DNA from: Octopus vulgaris
Lineage: Eukaryota
NCBI GenBank assembly: GCA_951406725.2
Contig: OX597836.1
Coordinates: forward strand, 2,728,001-2,792,000
Length of the DNA: 64,000 nucleotides
Reading direction: 5' to 3'
Part shown: positions 43,766 through 57,092 of the stretch, in pieces
Numbering within the stretch: position 1 is the first letter of the stretch
Layout of the letters: the number at the start of each line of letters is the position of its first letter
Notes under the pieces: model-generated
What the model saw: only the letters and a program-made list of their open reading frames with translations
Told to the model about the DNA's origin: nothing
Databases searched by the model: none
Program-made: the position numbers and the translations under genes

Positions 43766-43830
43766 CAGTATAACCTCGCAGTACGAGTGCCCCGTTGTAC
43801 GAGTAATTTGCTGTACGAGCCAAAATCCGC
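43766..43830 (+). mobile_element. pogo/Tigger-like transposon terminus
   Basis: CAGTATAACCTCG start with three subterminal GTACGAG repeats. Confidence 0.4.
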
Positions 43831-44136
43831 AGTATACACACTTACATACACACACATGCACACACATGTATATATACTGAAGGGAAACAAACCCATGGCA
43901 TAATGAGTATCTGAGGTCATTCTGAATATTTAGGTCATAAATGGCCCGGGATACTCGGCTTGCCTTGGGTCTGTTTTCCTGTTCTTTTAATATATACCTG
44001 CCAACACGGAAGTCTACTACGGATCCCTAGCTCCAGAGTCAGCTTTGAACTTGGTATCTAACGGTTGAACAATTATAGCACTTACGCAGCGTACCTATTG
44101 GTTTAGATCACCAGTGAACTAACCAACCCCATATTC

Positions 44137-44168
<32 letters not shown>

Positions 44169-44756
44169 CACACACACGCACACACACTGGCACACCTCTC
44201 TCCAGTTTCTTTCTCGTGTCATGGCATATACCATTTCGCTGCATTAACCATTCGTTCCCACATTTCGAAGTGTTGTAGAAGTTGTTCTTTTATTGGTTCC
44301 TTTATTTTATCGTTTTCTTCCATCTGAGTCACACCCCCGTCCCTGTCCTCTCTCTAATCACTCAGAAACAATCTATGTGTGTGACTTCCTTTTATTTGTT
44401 GGCGATTCGCGTCAAATCTCACCTCATTCCCTCTCTCTTCTCACTTTCTCTTTCGCACTCAAAGTCTTTATAATTCACATGAATGCATTCACCGTTTCTG
44501 TGCCCTACTTATTATTTCTCTTACTCTATTTTTCTGACCCATTATCTCATTCCCTTTTATATTGGCAAAGTTCTGCCTCACAGTCTGTCTGTCTGTTTTT
44601 TTGTATTCACACTGATATCCTCCATATTGTGTGAATGTGTGTCCGCGCGCGCATGCTATAGTGTATATCTGTGTATATGTATAGATAGATACATACATAC
44701 ACAGATAAACATATACAGAGATGGTAGGCTAGATCGACATCTATATATGTGTGTAT

Positions 44757-44794
<38 letters not shown>

Positions 44795-45790
44795 GTATTA
44801 TATATGTGTGTGTGCTTGTGTGTCTGTACGAGAAATTTTCTCAATATTCTCCTCACACGTTACTCATAATAGAGTCTGCCTATATCGTTCTTATTCACTT
44901 AACCTACTAGACAACTCAACTCGTTTCGGTTGTATTCCTGAGAATACACATACACACATGCATACACACAAACACACTACATACAGTGACACACCTATAT
45001 AAGCGTGTATATATATATATATATATAGATATAGATATATATATTTGTAAGTACAGAATTATGCGTCCGTATATATATGTATACCTCTATTAACGCCACC
45101 TATCAATATTCCTTATTGCATTGGCCAAGCATTTCAACACTTCATCTTGATTGATTTTTTCCAGCACTCTGGCAAAAATTCAAGACAGTATTCACAAATC
45201 TACGAATGGACAACTCCACCGAGTCGTTCCTCTGTTTTTCACATGAACAATTAGATTATCGAGTCTTTCTTATTTCACTTTTCTAATAATTTTAGCATAT
45301 TTACTGCAGAGACCCCAATTTCAACGCCTTCGAAAAACTTGCTAATGTATTCACACCATATTCCTTAAATTCTTTGGCTTTCGGCCAAATTTAATGATAC
45401 ATATCATCAAAAATTTCTCCCCGAGAAAAACTAATAAACTAACACTTTAAACGTCGTTCACTTTTGACCATAATATGGTTAGTTAACCTTTGTCTTGATG
45501 TTGGTCGATGATAAAAGACGGCCGATAGATCAGATCACATAACCTGCAAGATCTGCAAGTGTGCTTGGCTTTGAAGACATCCGAAATAATTAATGAATTC
45601 ATCTATTCACAGGTGTTCTAGTAATATTTATTTTTCCATCAGATCTTCAACATCACACGACCATTTGAATATACATATTCAAATACGCATTCACAGACGC
45701 ATAAATGCATATATAGGAATATATATATAATTTTCTTCAGAACGAGGGAAAAGAGCAAGACTCTGAAGATTTTAGAATATTAATAAATAT

Positions 45791-45838
45791 GTCTTACAGC
45801 CGTTTCCAGGCTATTTATTATACCCCTTCATCGGAGAC
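45791..45838 (-). ncRNA. Minimal type I hammerhead ribozyme motif (PLE-associated type; U4C variant)
   Basis: GUCU-CCGAUGA-AGG..CCUG-GAAAC-GGCU-GUA^AGAC: stem I GUCU/AGAC, stem II, near-palindromic stem III, GUA triplet. Confidence 0.7.
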
Positions 45839-45968
45839 GGTTTGAGTAAATGATTAAGACATAGTTAATATAGATAAAATACGAAATAGTGTGTAAATGT
45901 ATGTATATATAAGAATATATACATACATTTATATATATGTATGTATATACATATATGTATATAATAAA

Positions 45969-46114
<146 letters not shown>

Positions 46115-46299
46115 TAAATATCTGAACGACGTATAAACAGTAGCTGGACGACAAAGTGGAGTATATTTCCCACTTAAATGTGCCTGAATACTAAGGGTGG
46201 CTGCTACTGTAGCTTGTAGCCCCAGGAGAACATCTTGTTCAGCTGGCTATTGACAGACTTTCTGTGCCCTATCAGTATTTGCAATATATCTATATATAT

Positions 46300-46410
46300 C
46301 TAGCCCGAGGCTATAGTAGAGGACATTTGCCCAAGATGCTACGCAGTGAAACTGAACCCATAACCGTGGTTGGTATGCAAGCTACTTACCACACAGCCAC
46401 TCCTGCGCCA
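46300..46410 (-). mobile_element. SINE family B head
   Basis: Reverse complement of ggcgcaggagtggctgtgtggtaagtagcttgc. Confidence 0.9.
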
Positions 46411-46674
46411 ATATATATATATGATATGCATGTATGCATGCATGCACGCATATTATATATAAAAAAAACACACATATGCATACACATATATAAGTTTCTG
46501 ACACGAGTACAATAGACAGTGAAATTTCGGCCAATTGAGTCATCATCATATTGAGGTGTATTCAAGTTCTTCTTTGATTAAGTTATAATTTTCTAGGCTA
46601 GAAGAAGCTATGCTGAATACCAATTAGATTACAGAGTAGGATTCAATGAAGATTTTGCTATGGAAAAATTTTAT

Positions 46675-46820
46675 ACGGATGGCTGTGTGGTAAGAAACTT
46701 TCTTCCGAATCACGTGGTTCCAGGTTCACTCTCATTGCCGAGCTCCTTAGCAAGTGTCTTCCACTACAGCTTCGGTCCCACCAAAATTCTCTCTATAGAT
46801 TTGGTACATGGAAAGTGAAT
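46675..46820 (+). mobile_element. SINE family B head, diverged
   Basis: tggctgtgtggtaagaaactttc...ggttccaggttcac. Confidence 0.8.
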
Positions 46821-47519
46821 TTTGCACATTACTTGGTATATGTTTTTATCTTATTTTTTTATTTTTTCCATAGGATGTAGTTTTTTTCTATATGGTATAA
46901 ATAAATTTTTTCATTGTTGATTTGATAAAAGGTTTTTTTTTCTAATTTTTATATATATATATATATATATTTGTGTGTCTGTGTTTGTCCTACCACCATC
47001 GCTGGACAAACTACGTTCAGTATAGGGAATATATGTACGTTAACACACGGTAAAAGTGAGTCCAACGTCGTCAACGTCGGTAAAAATTTATTATTTAGTA
47101 AAATCGGCAAATATATAACAGAGAATATCCACAGGCAGGCGATATCCTACTTTATATATTGAATATTACGACTTAATGAGAGGAACGAGACGTGGACATC
47201 TTTCGAGTAATTCCTAAAACATAAAATGCATAGAGTTTAGAATATAAACGATTACCTCCCAGCAATTCCAAGGTTGACAAGAATTCCAATCGCTACAGGT
47301 GTAAGATTGTCTCTAAGATACGTTCACGGCATGTGTGTGTATGAATACACACACACATGTGTACACACACACATGTGTACACACACACATGTGTACACAC
47401 ACACATATATATATATATATATGCGTGTGTGTGTCTCTTTATGTATATATATATGCCTGCTTATTAGTATATATGTCTATGTTGGTATATATCTATGTAT
47501 ATATATGTGTGTGTGTGTG

Positions 47520-47567
<48 letters not shown>

Positions 47568-47571
47568 AGTA

Positions 47572-47613
<42 letters not shown>

Positions 47614-48271
47614 TGTGTACATGCATGTATATATGTATGTGTCGTGATTGTATTTCAACACATATATACATGCGTATATATTAGGTAGACATATAAGTGA
47701 ATATATAACATATATAAACACACATTTTTAAGCATACCCATATACAACTACAAACATACATACACAAAAACACAAGCACAGGCTTAACGATAAACTCATA
47801 CACGTTCACGTCCATCCATTCTTAATCGCAATCTTCCATCTAATGGCGCATCTCTAGACTCGTTTACCGAAATGTTCCACAGTTCAGCTTTAATGGATAT
47901 TTCTACTTAGGTTTGTCGTATCGTTGTTTACCACTCAAAATACCATTAACTTGATTGGATTGACACCTTTAATTGGTTCGTGTCTCCAAGACAGTCAAGC
48001 AAAACCATAAAAAATAAAACAACACGAAAAAGGAAGCAATCACTTTTTGTCAATATAATTGGCTTAAAGGATAAGACAGATCTCCCTCTGTCGTTCTTTC
48101 TCCATTCTCGTAGATTGTCATTTACGCACGCATACATACACCCCCACCTATACATACATGCATACATACATACATCCATACATACATGTATAAGATACAT
48201 AGGTAACTAATTTATATATATATATGTATATATATATACATATACATGTATATATGTATGTAATGTATGTG

Positions 48272-48307
<36 letters not shown>

Positions 48308-48396
48308 TATTTATATATATATATGCATATATGTATATATATGTATATATATATGTGTGTGTTTGTGTGTATATATGTATATGCTTAACCATAATT

Positions 48397-48437
<41 letters not shown>

Positions 48438-48624
48438 GCCACGCACACGCGCACACAGAGGCACACGCGCACGCACACATATATATGTATGTATACACGT
48501 ATGCATATTTTATAAACATCCGCCCGCAATCTCATGATTGCTTTTTGCCAGTGACAAAAGGTAATATACATAGACATGCTTATATGTATATACACAAAGT
48601 TACACATATATACATATAGACATG

Positions 48625-48724
<100 letters not shown>

Positions 48725-48734
48725 TAGATAGATG

Positions 48735-48850
<116 letters not shown>

Positions 48851-49232
48851 TTGTATAGACATTGACAATGTCACATAGTCGACATATGTGGTTGTTAAGC
48901 ACTTGTAGAAACGGACCATCGTCTGAGAAAATATCATTTCAAATTCGTGTCGGAAGTGAGGCGAGAATAAGGCACTGATGTTCAGAGAATACTGCAATAT
49001 ATCGATCTATTTCATTCTCCTTCCCTTTCCGAGCCGATTTTGTTTTGCCTATTTTGGAGGTATACGCTGTGTTTTTTTTTTTGTATTTAACTCGATTTAT
49101 CATTCGACGACCCTCCCTCACACTAAACAACACAGATGCAGGCGCTTAATTACAGAAAAAAGGCATTGGGTATGTAATATGTGTAATATCACATGCTTTA
49201 CACTATTGAACTGCTTCTGATACAGCATTTTG

Positions 49233-49298
<66 letters not shown>

Positions 49299-49765
49299 AT
49301 ATGTATGTATGACCACAAGGGGAACTCCTAATATGCTAACTGTAAATCCCATATGGTCTGACCAATAAGAAAAATTATTCCCAAGAAAACTTGGCAAACG
49401 CCAGAACGTAAAGCGAGCAAGAGAAATGAAAAGATACAAAATACAAAAATTAATTACAAACATGGTTTCATTGTTACCATTTACAATTACGTAAATGTCC
49501 GCAAATTCTCAGTAAGACAGTCATAGAAAATATAATTTGCGGAACTACACACGAGTTGTCCTCACGAGAAAGCACATGCTTACAATTCTGTCAATTATAT
49601 TTGCAGGTATATTTCTCTGTTCTGGTTCGCCGAAGCCAGAAGTGACTCTGCAGAAAATAATTTTCTGAATCGAAGCTTGCCGATTAGAGAGCATGGATGT
49701 TTAAATTTATTTTATATGGGTAAAGATTTTAATTGATAACGATGTAATTAATGCCAATATTTACC

Positions 49766-49836
<71 letters not shown>

Positions 49837-50117
49837 ATATTTATGTATATGTATATATATATATGTATGTATGTATATATATATATGAGTGCATCAATAG
49901 GTGTGTGTTGTTCGCGCGCGCATCTGTCCATGTGTGTATATTTTTGGGTAGGTATAGAACGTATCTTTGAGACTGGGTGTATAGGGTGCGTGACATTTTG
50001 TATGTTTGTGTATACACCAGGCTATATATTGTAACGGAGAGACAGGCATTGAAATAGATTCTTCCAATTCTCCCGGAGAGGGAAATAGATATGGAGGAAG
50101 AGACAGGAAGAGAGAGC

Positions 50118-50158
<41 letters not shown>

Positions 50159-50736
50159 CAGGGATAGAAGATTTTAAGAAAGAACAACTAAATAAGAGCA
50201 TTGGGGAGATGTGGGTTTGAAACCTGAGAAATACTGAGGAAATTTATCCATATCAGTAACATTTATACCAGCAAGAGAGAGGGAGAGAGAAAGAAAGAGG
50301 AAAGCGAGAGAGATAAAGAGCTAGAGAGAGAGAGAGAGATAGAGAGAATGAGATGTAAATCATTTTATCAATGTTACACAAAGGACTTCATCGTGAAATA
50401 TTCGCCTTCTCCTTTGCAATAATTATGAATATTCGCTTGTTTAAGTAATTTTTTCGTCACGAAAGATCCATACAAAGTGAATATATAGTTGAGACGCATT
50501 ATAACAACTGATTTCTCTCATATAATATCATTCGCTTTTATTGCTATTTGTTATCGCATGTTTCTTTTTCCTTTTTCTTGTTTGTTTCATTTCTTCTTAT
50601 AAATATTCCATTTTATTCATGTCTAAATATCAGCGGAAATGTTATGCGAATTGATATAAAACCTCAATGAAGAAATCATATAAATCTTTATACATACTCC
50701 CGACACGACTCGACTCTTTTATATTCATACACATCA

Positions 50737-50768
<32 letters not shown>

Positions 50769-50888
50769 ATATGTATGTGTGTATGTATGTATATATATAT
50801 ATATATATATACATATTTATGTATACATATATATATATATACATATACACATAAACATATATATATATTTATAAATATATAAACACAA

Positions 50889-50937
<49 letters not shown>

Positions 50938-50981
50938 TATGTACATAAATATTCGGATATATATGTATTTATGTATGTATG

Positions 50982-51020
<39 letters not shown>

Positions 51021-51557
51021 TTGTGCATATATATATGTGTATCTGTGTTTGTGTGTGTACATGTATGTGTCCGTGTGAGTGAGTGCACAATTGATTACAC
51101 GCGTTATATTCCATACATATTCAAATACAACGAGATAGCTTACTTAGAGGGGGAATATGTGTGGAGATTTTGCAGCTGAAGAACGGAGGATATCTCTTGA
51201 CAACGACAATTAAAATGAACGGTGAGCAGAGGTTCATATGTGGCACCAGTGTAAAAATGAAATAGAAGTCGGTGCATGTGCGAATTTCTCTGCTAAATAT
51301 CTTTGCGTCGATCCATTCTGCTTCATAGAAACAGGTATGGAAAGATAAGGGATTCAGGAAGTGATGTGTATTGATATAAACTCATTGTGATTATTCCTGG
51401 CAAATCGTTTTCTATTGATCCATTCTAATAGATGGATATTTCATCAGGGTTTATGATATGGAAGGATCTATTGTATTGAAAAGAAGAACTTTGTCAAAAC
51501 GGCGTATATGTAAGTACACGAATGCGTGTGAGAGGGTGTGTGTGTATATATATAAAT

Positions 51558-51629
<72 letters not shown>

Positions 51630-51659
51630 GTATATATATGTTTATATGTATATATATAC

Positions 51660-51699
<40 letters not shown>

Positions 51700-52310
51700 C
51701 CTTTATTCTTTTACTTGTTTCAGTCATTTGACTGTGACCATTCTGGAACACCACGGTAATAGTTTTAGTATGAGAAGGATTTATTCATTAGGACTAGTAC
51801 TTATTGCATCATCCTGTTATGATGGACCGCTATGTTATGGGGGCGTAAACACAACAACACCGGTTGCCAGAATTTGACGGTGGGGGACAAACACATACAC
51901 ACGTAGATCTTTATATACGAGGTGGTATGAAATTCTCCTCACACTAGATCTGTAGCGTGCCAATAGATGGCAGCGGAACACTAGATCGAATTGCAGAAGG
52001 TCCTCGACTCGCCCACAGAAAACAACTTCCAAGCAGGATTCTAAAAGTGGCGGAAACGGTAGGACGGGTGTATTGCTGCGCAAGGTGACTGTTACGGAGA
52101 TAATGTTAAAACTTAAGTAAAATAAGCTATTTGTTCTTACACTTGACTAGTCCGGAGAATTTGTAATACTGACCCATCAAGCAGATTAAGCTTTGTTCGG
52201 CCCGAGGCTATAATTGAAGACACTTACCCATGGTGCCATGCAATGGGACTAAACTCGGAGCAATGTGGCTTGAGGAGCAAACATCTCATTACACATCCCC
52301 GATTGCGCCA
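51700..52310 (-). mobile_element. SINE family B copy interrupted by a mariner derivative
   Basis: 3' part 51700-51905, head 52185-52310. Confidence 0.8.
51916..52180 (+). mobile_element. Internally deleted mariner element
   Basis: TACGAGG terminus after TA; ENNFQAGF*KWRKR*DGCIAAQGD matches the mariner transposase C-terminus (RW..CI...GDYFE); decayed right TIR ctagtccggagaattt. Confidence 0.7.
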
Positions 52311-52347
52311 TTACATACCTACATAGATACATCCATCCATCCATCCA

Positions 52348-52409
<62 letters not shown>

Positions 52410-52640
52410 ACTATATAATGTATGCATGCGTATATGCCATAGAGAACAGACATATTCAGTGTGTGCTTTACTAGTTTGGCACTCGGCTGTGAATTTACTG
52501 ATTGGAGATCTCTCTCTCAAAGCACCAGGTGTTGGCAAAAGTCAGACATGGACAGTTGAGACAACGCACATATAGAGACGGTAGACAACGATATTTCATC
52601 ATTTGTGCGATACACACACACACACGCACTCATATATATA

Positions 52641-52825
52641 GTTAATCCAAACATGGAAACACAAAGAGAAGACACAACAACGCGCGTACGTGGAAGAAGT
52701 ATAGTATTATTGGACGACGCTCAGGAAAGGAAAGAAAGGAGTATTTAGCATTTCGAGTGCAGCTCTTCGTCAGAAACATAGGAAAATGAAAGATCCAAGG
52801 AAGGGAAGACGGAGGAAAAAACGGT
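52641..52825 (-). mobile_element. PLE pLTR-like insert with hammerhead motif
   Basis: Minus strand CUGACGA-A-GAG-CUGCA-CUC-GAAAUGCUA at ~52745-52773; begins next to tatata. Confidence 0.65.
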
Positions 52826-52829
52826 ACAT

Positions 52830-53098
52830 ACGCGTTGCATAATAAATGATTTGATCTGAGACCGTTGGCTGAAAAAAAAAACAATTGCATTGTGGAAGGT
52901 GTTTATAAGCCATTTAAAAATCACACAAAAACTGTTAGATTCACTCTGAGATGCAGCACAGAATTTTGGCAGTGAAGAGATCGCGGTGTCAAAGCGACGA
53001 AAATATTTCGAAAAATTAAATTTAAATGTTGAAGTGAATCTAACAATTTTTGTGTGTTTTTAAATGAATTAAAAAAAAACCCTTCCACGTTGCAATTG
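52830..53098. mobile_element. Family 1 fold-back insert, copy 2
   Basis: Imperfect inverted repeat ~52882-52945 / 53033-53098; hammerhead-like core 52962-53017; homologous to 2951-3200. Confidence 0.65.
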
Positions 53099-53226
53099 CA
53101 TAGCTATATTTTTTCTTTCTTCCTTACACCTTTCAGTCACCCGACTATGGCCACGTTGGCGCACAAGCCTGAAGGGTTTCAGTTAAGCAAATCAACCCCA
53201 GGCCCTAAATATATATATATATATAT

Positions 53227-53579
53227 TTAAAAAAGGAGATGTGGAACACGAGTTGTGATATATAAAAAAGGAAATGAAGAAAATGCTGACAAAATAATTT
53301 AAGTAATTTAAGTAATTTAATTAGGTGAAAGGTCTTTTTACCGGTTGCGCATTTGTTATGCTTATCAAAATATATTTTTTAAAGAGAGATTAGAGTTCCT
53401 TTCTGATAGATTTTTTCCTCTTATCTGCGGAAAAAATAAGAGGAAAAAATCTATCAGAAAGGAACTCTAATCTCTCTTTAAAAAATATATTTTGATAAGC
53501 ATAACAAATGCGCAACCGGTAAAAAGAACTTTCACCTAATTAAATTACTTAAATTATTTTGTCAGCATTTTCTTCATTT

Positions 53580-53581
<2 letters not shown>
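53227..53581. mobile_element. Fold-back insert C in (TA)n: ~43-bp tail plus 155/146-bp inverted repeat with a hammerhead-like motif in each arm
   Basis: Arms 53270-53424 and 53436-53581 differ by a 9-bp tandem duplication and 1 substitution; 11-nt spacer. Confidence 0.85.
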
Positions 53582-53644
<63 letters not shown>

Positions 53645-54017
53645 GAAGAACGTAAAAGAGAAACAGAGATATGGCTATAATGTGGCGTGGATGATAAGGA
53701 GAACCATTGCAAGTAAACATTGCAGTCACCAAAAGAAAACAACCGATCTGTGCATAAAGAAATTTCCAGAGAGTGAACTGAGTACGCATGAAGCTTAAGC
53801 CTTTGTAGCTTCCAGGGTGCTTTCAGTTTGAACATAACACGGTGAACCAATCTGAGACACAGCCACTCGCTGATGCCGACGCGTGCGTTATTGGTAAATG
53901 ACCAGACAGTTGCGGAGAACATATTATGTATTTGCTCATATGTACAGATTTGTGTGTGTATATATATATATGTATGTATATATGTGTGTATGTATGTATG
54001 TATATATATATATATGC

Positions 54018-54057
<40 letters not shown>

Positions 54058-54173
54058 GTATATATTATATATGTGTGTATATATATGTGTATAATTATAT
54101 ATACATATATACTTATGAATTATGAGTATATGTATGTATAATACAGATAAAAATTCATAATTGTATATAAATA

Positions 54174-54216
<43 letters not shown>

Positions 54217-54716
54217 GTATGTGTGTTTATGTATATTGACATCATACATATATAAATATATATATATATTTATATATATATACATATATATTTACATATA
54301 TATGTGCGTGTGTGTATGTATATATATATGTGTGTGTATGTGTACACATATATATACAAATGGAGATATATACTTGTGTATATTTATATAAGCGCATATG
54401 TACAGTTTGCATACATAATTTCGGAGTATTTATAAACAGACGCTGTTTACATCATGACACAAGGAAAAACGACAGACGTAATTAAGAAGAAACAGACGCT
54501 TGCTTCCAGCTATATCTAGTATTTACGTGATTGACTTTAAATTACTTTTATAAAGTTGTTGAGGTCTTTGTAGACTTGGCTGTTATCATCTTCATATAAA
54601 CTTCTATTTCTCTTTTATTATTTTTTTTTCGGCTGTCAGATTGTTTAAAGTTATCTCTGTGTACATATCTATATCTCTGTCAAATTTTATATATGCATAT
54701 ATGTCTTTTTGTGCCA

Positions 54717-54783
<67 letters not shown>

Positions 54784-54784
54784 C

Positions 54785-54839
<55 letters not shown>

Positions 54840-55033
54840 GTATGTATGTGTGTATGTGTGTGTATGTTAGCTTATCAAAGGCGTATGACGGTAATTATGC
54901 GAATTGTATATCTTGTCTGTCTTTCTTTAAAACCACATCAGCTCGTACCTGTGTCTGCTATTCACTCTGCCTATTAATTTATCATTGGTAGTGTTTCTTG
55001 CTTTATATCTATACAGCTATATATCTATACGGC

Positions 55034-55065
<32 letters not shown>

Positions 55066-55359
55066 TCATTCAATTCATTGCAATAAATAAGCTCTTTCAG
55101 ATTTATTGAAAATATTTTTTTCCTCCTATTTACACCTAAATACATACGAGCGTCAGTGTGTGTGCTATTATATTATACTATGCTATATAAGGCGTCGATC
55201 TACCCGAATCGTTAGCAGGACGGGCTCTATGATTAGCAGCCTTTCGGCCGTCTTTACATTCCGTATTATTTGGTAATGGTCTCCAAGTCCGGTACGATAT
55301 TCGCGGATGGAGTGCCTTCGATATATTTATATACGTCACCACAAGTTTTTCATGGAGCA

Positions 55360-55810
55360 GGTTACAATATCATCAGCAACACTATCATCATCATATTACG
55401 AATTTCGTCGTCGAAGATTATAACTTCGTCATCGATCTCATAGTCATCCTCCTCCTCCTCCTCCTCATCATCATCATCATCGTCATCATCTTCATCATTG
55501 TCGTCGTCATCAACAATGAATGATTGTATCATAACAATATAAATGAAAATCATTTCTAGGTGAAGTGTAAGATTAACAGCTCTTGGAGTATGGAGTTTCT
55601 TGTATTGATTCCAGCACTACGCTGCAGCATCTTTCTACCGATTCTGTGGAGACGCAAAGCAAACTTTGGTCTCGTCACGATGTGATGTCAGAATGTAAAA
55701 TCACGGAAGCGAAATACTGCAAGCACCGCAATATGTCCGACTCGCAAACTTTTCTTATTTCGGCAAATTCTGTAATATTTGAGTGCAGTTCGTTAATCGA
55801 TGCCATCAAC
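55360..55810 (-). pseudogene. Possible 3' end of an RLE-type (R4/Dong/NeSL-like) non-LTR element with (GAT)n tail
   Basis: Minus strand, across frameshifts, IQETAILQRAVIL resembles the C-terminal LQKTAILGTARIL; simple-repeat tail follows. Confidence 0.3.
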
Positions 55811-56705
55811 TAGAGTTATTGTTCGACCCTGAAAGAATGGATGGCAACACTCCAGTGCCGATAGGAAAATGATTCTAATGAGCGGTGGAATAACGGTTAA
55901 GTTGTCCATTGGGAAAAAAAAACTTGCATGAGTTATAGGAATTGAAAGGGAAATTTAAAGGAATTTAATAGACATCTCTGAGGGAGTAAAAATATAAATT
56001 TTATTTCGTTTAGGAGAATACTGACGCTTGATATCAGAACGGCTGAAATAAAGGTTTAAACGTTAGGCGAGAGGTTTCTTTCTCTCTTTTTTTCTTCCAT
56101 GGTGGCTTATAAACTTGGTGAACACAATGAATTTTTTTTTTTATTTTACGAACATGAAAAAAATGTAACTTTGTTATCAAAGACAATGGTTCCGTATAAA
56201 AAAAAAGATATTAAAGCATAATGGAATTCCATAGGACACTCATACTCAACTGAAGAATATCAAAATAATGAATATTAAAACTGACGAATATTAAAATTTA
56301 TGGAAGGACCTAATCTAGTGTGATAGAAACAAAGGGAAATCTAAGCTTTTAAGCTGGGAAAATATTACCAAACGAAAGTATGGAAATCGGAGCAGTTCTT
56401 AATGGGAAAGCAGCGAGAAAAGTTAGTGATTTAGAAAATTATCTTTGAGAGGTAAATATAAGTGTATGGAAACGGGTAGACATAAAAACATATAGATATT
56501 CACTCAGGCATAACAATGCATAAACGTGTTTGAGTAGTCGGGTACTGGTGTGTTGAAATACACACCCGTATATATGGCTTATAAATGAATCTATAATGAC
56601 AGGGGATTATATAAAGGTATAGACAGGGATGAGGAAAATATTGATAAACACATCAAAATATAAAAGAGAATATGTATGTGCGTATGTATATACACTTTAC
56701 CGTGA

Positions 56706-56750
<45 letters not shown>

Positions 56751-56825
56751 GAGAGAGATAGCTACATAGATACATATGTGCGTGTGTGTCTGTCGGTGGG
56801 TGTGGTGTCTGTGTGTATAAATATG

Positions 56826-56892
<67 letters not shown>

Positions 56893-57035
56893 GTATACTT
56901 ATATACGTAAAAATATGAAACATTACTAATATACTACAGATATTAATATCTAAAACTGTATCTAGATATATATAAAACGTACCACTATACATAATCAGAT
57001 GCCAACGGGTGTTTATATAGGGGAGTATGATATAT

Positions 57036-57092
<57 letters not shown>

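Noticed and set aside
43900-43960. SECIS-like AUGA within a hairpin
   Set aside because: The opposite strand pairs Watson-Crick and lacks the tandem GA quartet; no selenoprotein ORF is nearby
46192-46258. Possible HDV-like ribozyme fold
   Set aside because: P1 and P4 candidates exist, but there is no room for P3/L3 between P2 and P1'
53574-53789. Signal-peptide-like ORF MRTQFTLWKFLYAQIGCFLLVTAMFTCNG
   Set aside because: No good donor site; it runs into (TA)n and has no recognisable homology
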